A DNA stretch of 63,245 nucleotides, the filler included, from Chiloscyllium plagiosum (taxonomy: Eukaryota), in NCBI RefSeq assembly GCF_004010195.1. It is 4 parts of one record of this genome, joined end to end, with 100 filler letters (N's around TTAATTAATTAA, not from the genome) between each part and the next. Parts side by side here need not be neighbours in the genome. Positions count along the whole stretch, not along the records: positions 36,950 to 63,245 come from NC_057712.1; 3 more parts are not named here. The stretch is one strand, 5' to 3'. The notes beneath the pieces are model-generated. The model saw only the letters and a list, made by a program, of their open reading frames with translations. It did no database searches and was not told where the DNA came from. The translations under genes and the position numbers were made by a program. Of this stretch, positions 61,411-63,245 are shown piece after piece; position 1 is the first letter of the stretch, and each line of letters starts with the position of its first letter.

Positions 61411-63094
61411 AGTCGAAGCAACCCCCTTCTTGAGATAGTGCCAGGACGACCTTTATATCCACCTGAGCATGGCTTCATATTAATGTCACATCTGAAAGAT
61501 GGGTCCTCTAGCTTTGCAGTGGACCCTCAAAACTGCACTGGAATATCAGTCTTGGATTTTAGATTCTCAAGTCCCAGAATGGGATTTGAATCTGATTCAG
61601 ATGAAAGAGTGTCTTTAACTAATTTTCTCAACTAGTCCTATCACGTTCACAGATTTGTCTATGTATTAAGGCTTCTTGGTATCAAGCACCTTCAAATCAT
61701 TTCTTCAAAACTGCCATTCTATTCATATTTGCCTTCCATACTTCCATCCAAATACAAACTTCCCTGATTTAAACTGTACCTGCCAAGCATTTAACACATC
61801 CCACTGACGATTTATTATCTACAGTTCAGAATTTCATCTCATCCCCAGATCTTGCAAGTGTGCCCTACACTCAGGTCCAAGTCATTGATATTTACATCAA
61901 GCAGCACAACAGTTCGACTGTTAATCCCTTAACAATACCGTAATATATCCTCCTATAATCTATGAAAACAGTCACTCAACATGTCTCTCTTCAAACCGGA
62001 GAGATTTTATTATGTAGAAGATTCTAAAGTATTATCATTTTCTCTATCTATGACACCCAGAATGATAATTGACAAATTCCATTAACAATGGAATCAATTT
62101 CATATTCTTATCAATTTCTATCCTGCTTTCCTATGGTTCATAGCCTTGTGAATTCACCATACTGGAACATTAACATCTACTTTAGGAGTTGGCATGTTCA
62201 GGGTTTTGTATGTTAATGTTATCCTAGGTTATCTATAAGGAGACAGGATTGAGATTTTCTTGGAGCTTCTCACATTACGTCGCTACGTGTTTGCCAAATG
62301 TGTGGTGTGGTGTAAACGCAATTGATGCCCATCTCAGCAATTCCTTTCTGTCTTGGTCCTAGGAGGGCTCTTGTTGTACAGTGGCAGTGTCCTTATATCT
62401 GAACTGTGAGGCTTGGGTTCAAGTCTTATCTGCTCCAGAGGTGTGTAACAATATCTCTGAATGTGGTGATTAGGAAATATTGTCTTGGTCCTGCAGCAAG
62501 TTTAAACATTTGACCCACTGCTCTATGTGACTCAATTAATTTAGCAAATAAGACAGCGAGAAGATTCAGAAGTTTTATTGCACCGGACCAGCCAATGAGT
62601 TGCTCAGGAGCAGCCATTCCTTATGACTCAGAATGGGTAACTGCTTTGCTGGCCACTGTAGTTTAGCCAGATTAAGCCTATCACTTGTCAGTTATAATTC
62701 TCTATCCCAGTCTGTCCTCAGAATTACAGTGTAATGAATTGCAATGACAGCTTAAGGAACATCTTTATCTCCCAATGAGGCACTTCACAGCCTTCTGGAC
62801 TCAACCACTAGTTCAACAAACTTAGACCATAACCATTGCATCCATTTCATTGGTCCTGATGAGGATTCTTTTAATTCTCACTTAAGCCTCCTACTGCCTG
62901 GACCCAGATTTTTTTCAATCTTTTATTCAATCTTGTTCAGAGATGTAATGACAAAACTCTGAAGCAGGTAGGAATTGAACCCAGTCCTCCTGGCTCAGAA
63001 ATAGAATTAAGCATTTTTGCACTAAAATACAGCAGAGATTGCTTTCAGTACTTGCTTTGACATGGCTATACAAAACAGTTGGTCTATTGATGGC

Positions 63095-63245
63095 AGATAG
63101 ATGGGTGACAGTGAGGGGGACTGGGAGGAAGCAGCCAGTGCAGGGACCCCCTGCGGCCGTTCCCCTCAAGAACAAGTATACCGTTTTGGATACTTGTGGG
63201 GGGATAACTTACCAGGGGTAAGTAACGGGGCTCAGGTCTCTGGCA
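63095..63245 (+). mobile_element. CR1/HER1 LINE ORF1 fragment (continues beyond window)
   Basis: DRWVTVRGTGRKQPVQGPPAAVPLKNKYTVLDT, the W.TV...PL.N(K/R)Y.VL motif of CR1 ORF1. Confidence 0.75.

Overview
63 kb of repeat-rich vertebrate intronic DNA. The repeat families (HE1-type V-SINEs, HER1/CR1 LINEs, SacSINE1-like DeuSINEs) point to an elasmobranch (shark); this is inference. The only host coding sequence found is four small phase-0 Gly-X-Y collagen exons on the minus strand (54, 72, 36 and 45 bp; 51975 to 38417). Their sizes and peptide resemble the COL2 domain of type IX / FACIT collagens. The rest is layered retroelement debris: CR1 LINEs, SINEs, a fossil Gypsy pol/integrase, a Tx1 remnant, L2 and Rex1/Babar pieces, a probable solo LTR, and many Penelope-like elements (PLEs) of at least four families. 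The most striking signal is in the PLEs. Every family carries a minimal type-I hammerhead ribozyme motif (CUGANGA-N-stemII-GAAA-palindrome-UH) with fully covarying stems. About nine insertions are fold-back elements, most bounded by target-site duplications (TSDs), whose inverted arms often join at the hammerhead. In these, only one arm carries a ~35-40 nt 3' tail. Three gaps contain an artificial TTAATTAATTAA linker. Family names come from recalled consensus motifs, not database searches. Boundaries of decayed repeats are approximate.
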